In this document: piece by piece, positions 36,280 to 50,500 of the stretch
How the letters are laid out: each line of letters opens with the position of its first letter
Numbering within the stretch: the first letter of the stretch is position 1
Translations under genes and position numbers: made by a program
The notes under the pieces: generated by a model
The model's input: only the letters and a program-made list of their open reading frames with translations
Told to the model about the DNA's origin: nothing
The model's database searches: none
Assembly (NCBI GenBank): GCA_030390025.1
Contig: JASTWF010000354.1
Location: 62,001 to 126,000, forward strand
Origin: Squalus acanthias
Lineage: Eukaryota
Direction of reading: 5' to 3'
DNA: 64,000 nt

Positions 36280-38487
36280 CTTAGTCCCCTCATCCAAATC
36301 ATTGATATAGATTGTGAATAGCTGGGGCCCAAGCACCGATCCTTGCTGTACCCCACTAGTCACAGCCTGTCATCCTGAAAAAGACCTGTTTATCCCTATT
36401 CTTTGTTTTCTGTCTGTTAACCAATTCTCAATCCATGCTAGTATATCACCCCGAATTCCATGTGCCCTAATTTTGTTCACAACATCTTGTATGGGACCTC
36501 ATCGAAGGCCTTCTGAAAATCCAAATACACCACATCTACTGGTTGCCCTTTGTCTACTCCACTAGTTACATCCTCAAAGAACTCCAATACAGTTGTTAAA
36601 CAGGATTTCCCTTTCATAAATCCATGTTGACTGCACCCAATCTTACTATTAGTTTCTAAGTGCCCAGTTATTGCATCATTTATAATAGATTCCAACATTT
36701 TCCCAACTACTGATGTGAGGCTAACAGGTCTGTAGTTCCCCGTTTTCTCTCTCCCTCCTTTCTTAAATAGCGGGGTTACATTTGGTATTCTCCATCTGCA
36801 GGAACCGTTCCAGAATCTGTTGAATTTTGGAAGATGACAACCAATGCGTCCACTATCCCAATGGCCACCTCTTTCAAAACCCTAGGATGTAAGTCATCTG
36901 GTCCTTGGGATTCATCGACCTTTAGTCCTATTAATTTTGTTAGTACTGTTTTTTTACTAATAATAATTTCTTTAAGTTCCTCATTCTCGCCAAACCCTTG
37001 GTTTTATCGTATTTCTGGGAGGTTTTTTGTGTCTTCTTCCGTGGAGACAGAAACAAAGTATTTATTTAATTTCTCAGCCATTTCCTCATTCCCCATTATA
37101 AATTCTCCCATCTCTGACTGTAAAGGACCTGCATTTACCTTCGCCAGTCTTTTCCTTTTCACATACCTATAGAAGATTTTACAATCCGTTGTTATATGTT
37201 TCACAAGTTTGTGCTCATATTCCATTTTCCCTTTCTTTATCAATTTATTGGTCCCCCTTTGCTGATTTCTAAAAAGATCCCAATCCTCAGGCTGACTGTT
37301 TTTCTGGCAATTTTATAAGCTTCCTCCTTTGACTTAATACTTGCTTTAATTTCTTTTGTTAGCCATGGTTGAATCACTTTTCCTTTTGGGTTTTTATGCC
37401 CTAGAGGAATATATGTTTGTTGCAAATTATGCATTATTTCCTTGAATGTTAGCCATTGTATGTCCACCTTCATACCTTTTAGTGCAGTCTCCCAATCTAC
37501 CATGGCCAACTTGTCCCTCATACCTTTGTAGTTTCCTCTGTTTAGATTGAAGACCTTAGTTTCAGATTGGACTACATCACTCTCAAACTTAGTGTAAAAT
37601 TCAATCATATTATGGTCACTTGTCCCTAAAGGCCCCTTTACCACAGGATTATTGATTAGCCCTATCTCATTACACAGTGCCAGATCCAGAATAGCCTGTT
37701 CCCTGGTTGGTTCCTCCACATACTGATCCAGGAAACCATCTCGCATGCATTCCAAGAATTCGTCCGCCACACCATTAGTGGTAATTTGATTTGCCCAGTC
37801 AATATGTAGATTAAAGTCCCCCATGATTACCGTATTGCCCTTGTTACATGCACTTCTAATTTCTTGATTGATACTGTGCCCTACATTAACATTACTGTTT
37901 GGTGGCCTATACACAACTCCCACCAATGTTTTCCTTTCTTTGCTGTTTCTTAGCTCCACCCAAACTGATTCCAGTTCGACATCACGATCTGCCGAGCCAA
38001 GATCTTTTATCTCTACCGTACCGATCTCATCCCTTATTAACAGCGCTATGCCACCTCCTTTTCCTTTTTGTCTGTCCTTCCTAAATGTTGAGTACACTGG
38101 AACATTCAGTTCCCAGCTTTGGTTACCCTGCAACCATGTCTCTGTAATGGGAATTACATCATACCCATTTACTTCTATTAGTGCCATTAATTCATCCACC
38201 TTGTTGTGAATGCTATGTGCATTTAGATAATGTGCCTTCAACTTTGCCGGTTTAATATTTTTCTGTACTTTGACCCTCTTTACTGTTGGCCTTTGTTTCT
38301 GCTCCCTACTAGTTTTGTGACTTGTTTTCTAACTTGTACTTCCAGCTTTGTTTCTCTCCGTTCTGGGCCCACACTTAGGTTCCCAGCCCCCTGACAAACT
38401 AGTTTAAATCCTTCAATCCATGTCCTCTGGTTCCCAACCCTCCTGCCACTGGAAACAGTTGCTCCTTATTAACTTGATCTACATTAG

Positions 38488-38976
38488 AATTATAAAACAG
38501 TTGTTCAGCCCCATTGGAGTATTGTGTCCAATTCTGGGCACCGCACTTTTGGAAGGATGTCATGGCCTTGGAGAGGGTGCAGAGGAGATTTACTAGAATG
38601 GTTCCAGGGATGAGGGACTTCAGTTATGTGGAGAGACTGGAGAAGCTGGGATTTTTCTCCATAGAGCAGAGAAGGTTAGAGGAGATTTAATTGAGATGTT
38701 CAAAATTATGAAGAGTGTTGATAGAGTAAATAGGGAGAATTTTATTTACACAGCGAGTTGTTGTGATCTGGAATGCGCTGCCTGAAAGGGCGGTGGAAGC
38801 AGATTTAATCGTAACTTTCAAAAGGGAATTGGAGAAATACTTGAAAAAGTAAAATTTACAGGGCTATGGGGAAAGAGCGGGGGAGTGTGACTAATTGGAG
38901 AGCTCGTTCAAATAGCCGGCACAGGCACGATGGACCGAATGGCCTCCTTCTGTGCTGTGAGATTCTGTGATTGTAT
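38488..38976 (+). mobile_element. CR1 3' fragment F, degraded, head-to-head with copy A
   Basis: gagtattgtgtccaattctggg (EYCVQFW), gagagggtgcagaggagatttactagaatg (ERVQRRFTRM); its 3' end is the reverse complement of 27364-27600. Confidence 0.87.
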
Positions 38977-39409
38977 GAACACCACGACACCAGAATAGAG
39001 ACATTCCACACTTCCTGCTCCTTCCGTGTTCCCCGATCATCTTCCTGTATTATTGGGGTTTTCAGACCAGCTGAGGGACATGGGAACATCTAAAGAGGGC
39101 GATCTTTACCCGGGACATCTCAAACTCACCACAACCCAACATCAGCAAAATCAAAGCAGCAGCAATATTGAGACCAACAGATTGATCGGAGTGACATTTA
39201 AATCTGCACATCGCAGAAGGAAACTTGTTTAAAGAGGATATTGGAAGTGAGAATCTCTCCTGCCTGATGTGGACTTTCTGGAGCCCCAACCTGATCCTCA
39301 TGAATATTTCCTGGGATGGATGAGCTGCTTCGGAGAGTTCACAGAAGGTACAGAGAGCGACAAATCATCTTTATTCATGAAATAATAAGCCAGTTTCTCT
39401 GGTAGTTTA

Positions 39410-39755
39410 TTGTGTCTGCGAGCGTGTCTGTGTGTGTGAGTGTTTTTATATGTATCTGTGTCAGCGAGTGTGTATATGTCTGTGTGAGTGTGTAAGTGTT
39501 TGTGTGTGTGAATGTGTCAATTAGTCTGTATCTGTGTGTGTCTGTGTTTGTATCTTTTTGTCTTTGTATAAGTGTGTGAGTGTGAGTGTGAGACTGTATG
39601 AGTGTGAGTGTGAGACTGTGGGAGTGCGAATGTGTGTGAATGTGAGTGTGAGACTGTGAGTGTGTGAGTGTGAGACTGTGGGAGTGTGAGTGTGTGTGAA
39701 TGTGAGTGTGAGACTGTGTGTGTGTGAGTGTGAGTGTGTGAGTGTGAGACTGTTT
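39410..39755. repeat. Degenerate (GT)n/GTGA low-complexity tract
   Basis: Visible in sequence. Confidence 0.9.
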
Positions 39756-39813
39756 CACACTTAGCTGGTTTACACTATTGCACAAAATCCCAATCTACCT
39801 GTGTGACACTGTG

Positions 39814-39900
39814 TACATACGTCTGAGAGGGCAGAGGGGGCCTAGGTTTAATGTGTCTTCCAAAAAACAGCAACAGTGCAGCGATCCCTCTGTACTGTCC
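39814..39900 (-). mobile_element. DeuSINE core remnant running into the second 33-bp array
   Basis: ctgagagggcagagggggcctaggtttaatgtgtcttccaaaaaacagcaacagtgcagc matches the Deu-domain segment that precedes the gacagtgcagcactccctcagtactgc motif (recalled consensus). Confidence 0.7.
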
Positions 39901-41158
39901 CTCCGACAGTGCAGCACTCCCTCAGTACTGTCCCTCCGACAGTTCAGCACTCCCTCAGTACTGCCCCTCCGAAAGTGCAGTGCTCACTCAGTACTGCCTC
40001 TCCGACAGTGCAGCGCTCCCTCAGTACTGCCCCTCCGACAGCGCAGCACTCCCTCAGTAATGCCCCTCCGAAAGTTCAGCACTCCCTCAGTACTGCCCCT
40101 CCGAAAGTGCAGTGCTCACTCAGTACTGCCTCTCCGACAGTGAGGCGCTCCCTCAGTACAGCCCCTCTGACACAACAGTGCTCCCTCAGTACTGCCCCTC
40201 CGACAGTGCAGCGCTGCCTCAGTACTGACCCTCCGACAGTGCAGCACTCCCTCAGTAATGCCCCTCCGACAGTGCAGCGCTCCCTCAGTACTTACCCTCC
40301 GACAGTGCACCGCACCCTCAGTACTGCCCCTCTGACAGTGCAGCGCCCCCTCAGTACTGACCCTCCGACAGTGCAGTGCTCCCTCAGTACTGCTCCCTCC
40401 GACAGTGTGGAGCTCACTCAGTACTGCCCCTCGTGACTGTGCAGTGCTCCCTCAGTACTGCCCCTCCGACAGTGCAGTGCTACCTCAGTACTGCCCCTCC
40501 GACAGTGCGGTGCTGCCTCAGTACTGCCCCTCCGACAGTGCAGTGCCCCCTCAGTACTGCTCCTCCGACAGTGCAGCGCTCCCTCAGTACTAACCCTCCG
40601 ACAGTGCGGTGCTCCCTCAGTACTGCCCCTCCGACAGTGCAGTGCTCCCTCAGTACTGCCCCTCCGACAGTGCAGTGCTCCCTCAGTACTGCCCCTCCGA
40701 CCGTGCAGTGCTCCCTCAGTACTGCCCCTCCGACAGTGCAGTGATCCCTCAGTACTGCCCCTCCGACAGTGCGGCGCTCCCTCAGTTCTGACCCTCCGAC
40801 AGTGCGGTGCTCCCTCAGTACTGCCCCTCCGACAGTGCGGTGCTCCCTCAGCACTGACCCTCTGACAGTGCAGTGCTCCCTCAGTACTGACCCTGTGACA
40901 GTGCAGCGCTCCCTCAGTACTGACCCTCCGACAGTGCAGCGCTCCCTCAGTACTGACCCTCCGACAGTGCAGTGCTCCTTCAGTATGGACCCTCCGACAG
41001 TGCGGCGCTCCCTCAGTACTGCCCCTCCGACAGTGCGGCGCTCCCTCAGTACTGACCCTCCGACAGTGCGGTGCTCCCTCAGTACTGCCCCTCCGACAGT
41101 GCGGCGCTCCCTCAGTACTGACCCTCCGACAGTGCGGCGCTCCCTCAGTACTGACCCA
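39872..41158. repeat. Second 33-bp array, about 39 copies, more diverged, no obvious higher-order repeat
   Basis: Same monomer as 21935-26880. Confidence 0.96.
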
Positions 41159-41581
41159 GTACAGAAGCAGACAATTAGCTGCAACATTCACCAAACACAA
41201 CAACAGACGAGGAGCGGAACTTGTCTCAAAGAGAACTTGATTAGATTCTAAGAATCTAACAGCGCTGGGGGAGAGTTTAACAGTACTGCAACATGTGTTC
41301 CTGTATCCATAGCAACAAACAATGACACACTGCTCCACTGAGACCGGTTCGGCCATATTTCACCCAGCACTGGGAGTAGAGGCTGCGGCCTAACTCCCGA
41401 TCATTTGCTCATTTAAAACAAACTCTTCCGACGAATTGTGTATTAAGACAAGCCCCTGATGGTGGCAGTGATGTTAATATTTTGGTCAGTGTCGAGAGCT
41501 CAGTGTTAATAGTGTTTTAGCTATTCGCACAGCCCCAGTAACCAATTCATTAATTACTGCCCTTTCCCGCAATCTATCCAT
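41159..41581. repeat. 423-bp spacer, copy 2
   Basis: Paralogous to 26881-27303. Confidence 0.93.
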
Positions 41582-44500
41582 CAATTATATCACAATACAA
41601 TTATATCACACTGCAATTATATCACACTGCAATTATATCACACTACAATTATATCACACTACAATTATATCACACTGCAATTATATCACACTGCAATTAT
41701 ATCACAGTACAATTATATCACACTACAATTATATCACACTGCAATTATATCACACTGCAATTATATCACAGTACAATTATATCACACTACAATTATATCA
41801 CACTGTAATTACATGAGAATACAATTATATCAGAATACAATTACATCACAATACAATTACATCACAATACAATTACATCACAATACAATTATATCACACT
41901 GCAATTATATCACAATAAGATTATATCACACTGCAATTATATCACACTACAATTATATCACAATAAGATTATATCACACTACAATTATATCACACTGCAA
42001 TTATATCACACTACAATTATATCACACTACAATTATATCACACTACAATTATATCACAATAAGATTATATCACACTACAATTATATCACACTGCAATTAT
42101 ATCACACTACAATTATATCACACTACAATTATATCACACTACAATTATATCACAGTACAATTATATCACACTACAATTATATCACACTGTAATTACATGA
42201 GAATACAATTATATCAGAATACAATTACATCACAATACAATTACATCACAATACAATTACATCACAATACAATTATATCACACTGCAATTATATCACAAT
42301 AAGATTATATCACACTGCAATTATATCACACTACAATTATATCACAATAAGATTATATCACACTACAATTATATCACACTGCAATTATATCACACTACAA
42401 TTACATCAGAATACAATTACATCACAATACAATTACATCACACTACAATTATATCACACTGCAATTATATCACACTGCAATTATATCACACTGCAATTAT
42501 ATCACACTACAATTATATCACACTACAATTATATCACACTGCAATTATATCACAGTACAATTATATCACACTACAATTATATCACACTACAATTATATCA
42601 CACTATAATTACATCCCTATGCAATTATATCACACTGCAATTATATCACACTGCAATTATATCACACTGCAATTATATCACACTGCAATTATATCACACG
42701 ACAATTATATCACACTGCAATTATATCACACTGCAATTATTTCAGAATACAATTATATCAGAATACAATTACATCACAATACAATTACATCACAATACAA
42801 ATATATCACACTGCAATTATATCACACTGCAATTATTTCAGAATACAATTATATCACAATACAATTACATCACAATACAATTACATCACAATACAATTAT
42901 ATCACACTGCAATTATATCACACTGCAATTATTTCAGAATACAATTATATCACAATACAATTACATCACAATACAATTACATCACAATACAATTACATCA
43001 CAATACAATTATATCACACTGCAATTATATCACACTGCAATTATATCACACTGCAATTATATCACAATACAATTATATCATACTACAATATCAGAATACA
43101 ATTATATCACACTACAATTATATCACAATACAATTATATCACACTGCAATTGTATCACACTGCAATTTTATCAAACTACAATTATATCACACTGCAACTT
43201 CAGCATAATACAATTACATCACACTGCAATTATATCACAATACAATATCATACTGCAATTATATCATTTTACAATTATATCATGCTGCAATTATATCACA
43301 CTGCAATTATATCACAATACAATTATATCGCACTACAATTATATCACAATACAATTATATCACACTACAATTATATCACACTGCAATTATATCACAATAC
43401 AATTATGTCGCACAATTATATCACAATACAATTATTTCACACTACAATTATATCACACTGCAATTATATCACAATACAATTATATCACACTGCAATTCTA
43501 TCACAATACAATTATATCACAATACAATTATATCACGCTGCAATTATATCAAATTACAATTATATCACAATACAATTATATCACGCTGCAATTATATCAC
43601 AATACAATTATATCACACTGCAATTATATCACAATACAATTATATCACACTGCAATTCTATCACAATACAATTATATCACAATACAATTATATCACACTG
43701 CAATTATATCAAATTACAATTATATCACAATACAATTATATCACGCTGCAATTATATCACACTACAATTATATCACAATACAATTATATCAAAATACATT
43801 TATATCACAATACAATTATATCACACTGCAATTATATCACACTGCAATTATATCACAATACAATAATATCACACTGCAATTATATCACAATACAATTATC
43901 TCACAATACAATTATATCACACTACAATTATATCACACTGCAATTATATCACACTACAATTATATCACAATACGATTATATCACTCTACTATTATATCAC
44001 AATACAAATACATCACAATACAATTATATCACACTACAATTATATCACACTGCAATTATATCACACTGCAATTATTTCAGAATACAATTATATCAGAATA
44101 CAATTATATCACACTACAATTATATCACACTGCAATTATTTCAGAATACAATTATATCAGAATACAATTACATCACAATACAATTACATCACAAAACAAA
44201 TATATCACACTGCAATTATATCACACTGCAATTATATCACACTGCAATTATATCACACTACAATTATATCACACTACAATTATATCACAATACAATTACA
44301 TCACACTACAATTATATCACAAGACAATTATATCACGCTGCAATTATATCACACTGCAATTATATCACAATACAATTATATCACAATACAAATATATCAC
44401 TCTGCAATTATATCACACCGCAATTATATCACACTGCAATTATATCACAATAAAATTATATCACATTTCAATTATATCACCATACAATTATATCACAATA

Positions 44501-47500
44501 CAATTATATCACACTGCAATTATATCACACTGCAATTATATCACAATACAATTATATCATACTACAATATCAGAATACAATTATATCACACTGCAATTAT
44601 ATCACAATACAATTATATCACACTGCAATTTTATCAAACTACAATTATATCACACTGCAACATCAGCATAATACAATTATATCACACTGCAATTATATCA
44701 CAATACAATATCATACTGCAATTATATCATTTTACAATTATATCATGCTGCAATTATATCACACTGCAATTATATCACAATACAATTATATCGCACTACA
44801 ATTATATCACAATACAATTATATCACACTACAATTATATCACACTGCAATTATATCACAATACAATTATGTCGCAGAATTATATCACAATACAATTATAT
44901 CACACTACAATTATATCACACTGCAATTATATCACAATACAATTATATCACACTGCAATTATATCACACTGCAATTATATCACACTGCAATTATATCACA
45001 CTGCAATTAAATCACACTACAATTATATCAGACTGCAATTATATCACACTACAATTATATCAAAATACATTTATATCACAATACAATTATATCACACTGC
45101 AATTATATAACACTGCAATTATATCACAATACAATAATATCACACTGCAATTATATCACAATACAATTATCTCACAATACAATTATATCACACTACAATT
45201 ATATCACACTGCAATTATATCACACTACAATTATATCACAATACGATTATATCACTCTACTATTATATCACAATACAAATACATCACACTACAATTATAT
45301 CACACTACAATTATATCACACTGCAATGATATCATAATACAATTATATCACACTGCAATTATATCACAACACAATTATATCACACTACAATTATATCACA
45401 ATGCAATTATATCACACTGCAATTATATCACACTGCAATTATATCACACTGCAATTATATCACAATACAATTATATCACAATACAATTATATCACAGTGC
45501 AATTATATCACAATACAATTATATCACACTGCAATTATATCACAATACAATTATATCACACTACAATTATATCACAATACAATTATATCACTTTGCAATT
45601 ATATCACACTACAATTATATCACACTACAATTATATCACACTGCAATTATATCACAATACAATTATATCACACTGCAATTATATCACAATACAATTATGT
45701 CAGGCTGCAATTATATCACACTGCAATAATAAGTAAAAAAAAATATATCACACTACAATTGTATCACAATACAATTCTATCACAATACAATTATATCACA
45801 CTACAGTTATTTTACACTGCAATTAAATCACACTACAATTATATCACAATACAATTATATCACACTGCAATTATTTTACACAACAATCATATCACACTAC
45901 AATTATATCGCACTACAATTATATCACAATACAATTATATCACACTGCAATTATATCACAATAAAATTATATCACACTGCAATTATTTTACATAACAATT
46001 ATATCACGCTACAATTATATCACAGTGCAATTATATCACAATACAATTATAACACACTGCAATTATTTTACACAACAATTATATCACGCTACAATTATAT
46101 CACACTGCAATTAAATCACAATACAAATATATCACACTGCAATTATATCAAAATGCAATTATATCACACTGCAATTCTATCACAATACAATTATATCACG
46201 CTACAATTATATCACACTGCAATTATATCACAATACAATTATATCACAATACAATTATATCACACTGCAATTATATCACACTGCAATTATATCACACTGC
46301 AATTATATCACAATACAATTATATCACACTGCAATTATATCACACTGCAATTATATCACAATACAATTATATCACCCTGCAATTATATCACATAACAATT
46401 GTTTCACGCTACATTTATATCACAACTGCAATTATATCACAATACAATTATATCACAATACAATTATATCACGCTACAATTATATCACAGTGCAATTATA
46501 TCACACTGCAATTATATCACAGTGCAATTATATCACACTGCAATTATATCACACTGCAACTATATCACACTACAATTATATCACACTGCAATTGTATCAC
46601 ACTGCAATTGTATCACACTGCAATTATAACACACTGCAATTATATCACAGTGCAATTATATCACACTGCAATTATATCACACTGCAACTATATCACACTA
46701 CAATTATATCACATTGCAATTATATCACACTGCAACTTTAGCATAATACAATAATATCACACTGCAATTATATCATTTTACAATTATATCGCACTACAAT
46801 TATATCACTATAGAATTATTAGCACGACAATTATATCACACTGCAATTATATTACAATACAATTGTATCACACTGCAATTATATCACAATACAATTATAT
46901 CACACTGCAATTATATCACACTGCAATTATATCACACTGCAATTACATGAGAATACAATTATATCAGAATACAATTATATCACAATACAATTATATCACA
47001 ATACAATTACATCACACTGCAATTACATCACAATGCAATTACATCACAATACAATTACATCACAATACAATTATATCACACTGCAATTATATCACACTGC
47101 AATTATATCACACAACAATCATATCAGGCAACAATTATATCACGCTACAATTATATCACACTGCAATTATATCACAATACAATTATATCACACCGCAATT
47201 ATATCACACTACAATTATACCACACTGCAATTATATCACACTACAATGATATCACACTGCAATTATATTATACAATTATATCACACTGCAATTATATCAC
47301 AATACAATTATATCACACTGCAATTATATCACAATGCAATGATATCACAATACAATTATATCACACTGCAATTATATCGCAATAAAATTATATCACACTG
47401 CAATTATTTTACACAACAATCATATCACACTACAATTATATCGCACTACAATTATATCACAATACAATTATATCACACTGCAATTATATCACAATAAAAT

Positions 47501-50500
47501 TATATCACACTGCAATTATTTTACATAACAATTATATCACGCTACAATTATATCACAGTGCAATTATATCACAATACAATTATAACACACTGCAATTATT
47601 TTACACAACAATTATATCACGCTACAATTATATCACACTGCAATTAAATCACAATACAAATATATCACACTGCAATTATATCACAATGCAATTATATCAC
47701 ACTGCAATTCTATCACAATACAATTATATCACAAAACAATTATATCACACTGCAATTATATCACAATACAATTATATCACAATACAATTATATCACACTG
47801 CAATTATATCACACTGCAATTATATCACACTGCAATTATATCACAATACAATTATATCACACTGCAATTATATCACACTGCAATTATATCACAATACAAT
47901 TATATCACCCTGCAATTATATCACATAACAATTGTTTCACGCTACATTTATATCACAACTGCAATTATATCACAAAACAATTATATCACGCTACAATTAT
48001 ATCACACTGCAATTATATCACACTGCAATTATATCACAGTGCAATTATATCACACTGCAATTATATCACACTGCAACTATATCACACTACAATTATATCA
48101 CACTGCAATTGTATCACACTGCAATTGTATCACACTGCAATTATAACACACTGCAATTATATCACAGTGCAATTATATCACACTGCAATTATATCACACT
48201 GCAACTATATCACACTACAATTATATCACATTGCAATTATATCACACTGCAACTTTAGCATAATACAATAATATCACACTGCAATTATATCATTTTACAA
48301 TTATATCGCACTACAATTATATCACTATAGAATTATTAGCACGACAATTATATCACACTGCAATTATATTACAATACAATTGTATCACACTGCAATTATA
48401 TCACAATACAATTATATCACACTGCAATTATATCACACTGCAATTATATCACACTGCAATTACATGAGAATACAATTATATCAGAATACAATTATATCAC
48501 AATACAATTATATCACAATACAATTACATCACACTGCAATTACATCACAATACAATTACATCACAATACAATTACATCACAATACAATTATATCACACTG
48601 CAATTATATCACACTGCAATTATATCACACAACAATCATATCAGGCTACAATTATATCACGCTACAATTATATCACACTGCAATTATATCACAATACAAT
48701 TATATCACACCGCAATTATATCACACTACAATTATACCAAACTGCAATTATATCACACTACAATGATATCACACTGCAATTATATTATACAATTATATCA
48801 CACTGCAATTATATCACAATGCAATGATATCACAATACAATTATATCACTCTGCAATTATATCGCACTGCAATTATATCACACTGCAATTATATCACACT
48901 GCAATTATATCACACTGCAATTATAACAAAATACAATTATATCACAATATAATTATATCACACTACAATTTTATCACACTACAATTTTATCACACTACAA
49001 TTATATCACACTGCAATTATATCACTATACAATTATTTTACACTACAATTATATCACAATACAATTATATCACACTGCAATTATATCACACTGCAATTAT
49101 ATCACAATGCAATGATATCACAATACAATTATATCACTCTGCAATTATATCGCACTGCAATTATATCACACTGCAATTATATCACACTGCAATTATATCA
49201 CACTGCAATTATATCACACTGCAATTATAACAAAATACAATTATATCACAATATAATTGTATCACACTACAATTTTATCACACTACAATTATATCACACT
49301 GCAATTATATCACTATACAATTATTTTACACTACAATTATATCACAATACAATTATATCACACTACAATTATATCACAATACAATTATATCACACGGCAA
49401 TTATATCACAATACAATTATATCACACTGCAATTGTATCACAATACAATTATATCACAATACAATTATATCACACTGCAATTATATCACAATACAATTAT
49501 ATCACAATACAATTATATCACACTGCAATTATATCACACTGCAATTATATCACACTACAATTATATCACAATACAATTATATCACACTGCAATTATATCA
49601 CACTGCAATTATATCACAATACAATTATATCACACTGCAATTATATCACACTGCAATTATATCACAACACAATTATATCACACTGCAATTATATCACGCT
49701 GCAATTATATCACAATACAATTACATCACACTGCAATTATATCACAATACAATTATATCACACTGCAATTATATCACACTGCAATTATATCACACTGCAA
49801 TTATATCACACTGCAATAATATCACACTGCAATTATATCACACTGCAATTATATCACACTGCAATTATATCACACTACAATTATATCACACTGCAATTAT
49901 ATCACACTGCAATTATATCACACTGCAATTATATCACACTGCAATTATATCACAATACAATTATACCACAATACAATTATATCACACTGCAATTATATCA
50001 CAATACAATGATATCACGCTGCAATTATATCACACGACAATTATATCACACTACAATTATATCACACTACAATTATATCACACTACAATTATATCACACT
50101 GCAATTATATCACAATACAATGATATCACGCTGCAATTATATCACACGACAATTATATCACACTACAATTATATCACACTACAATTATATCACACTGCAA
50201 TTATTTTACACAACTCTTATATCACGCTACATCACACTGCAATTATATAACACTACAATTATATCACCCTGCAATTATATCACACCACAATTGTATCACA
50301 CTACATTTATATCACAACAGCAATTATATCGCACTGCAATTATATCACACTGCAATTATAACAAAATACAATTTTATCACACTACAACTTTATCACACTA
50401 CAATTATATCACACTGCAATTATATCACTATACAATTATTTTACACTACAATTATATCACAATACAATTATATCACACTGCAATTATATCACACTGCAAT

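Larger units (their letters stand above)
27637..38412 (-). mobile_element. CR1 copy B, older, near-complete ORF2 with many frameshifts, in three pieces (27637-27718, 33064-33928, 36280-38412)
   Basis: APE domain in ORF 37240-38241 (ITETWL, MGDFN, SDH); the RT is split at ...ggaaatgttaca | cttagtcccctcatcc... next to the FADD motif. Confidence 0.85.
27364..38480 (-). mobile_element. CR1 copy A, a short 3' fragment and outermost host of the nest (27364-27636 and 38413-38480)
   Basis: ...ttgccaatctcct joins tcaatccatgtcctctggtt..., the expected colinear CR1 sequence (RTRGH.L region). Confidence 0.7.

Noticed and set aside
30656..36356. ORF starts at 30720, 32982 and 36356 as real CR1 N-termini
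   Set aside because: Chimeric read-through across nesting junctions into neighbouring copies.
39026..39232. Possible exon after ggttttcag in unique sequence
   Set aside because: Short, no recognisable motif and no clear donor; insufficient support.
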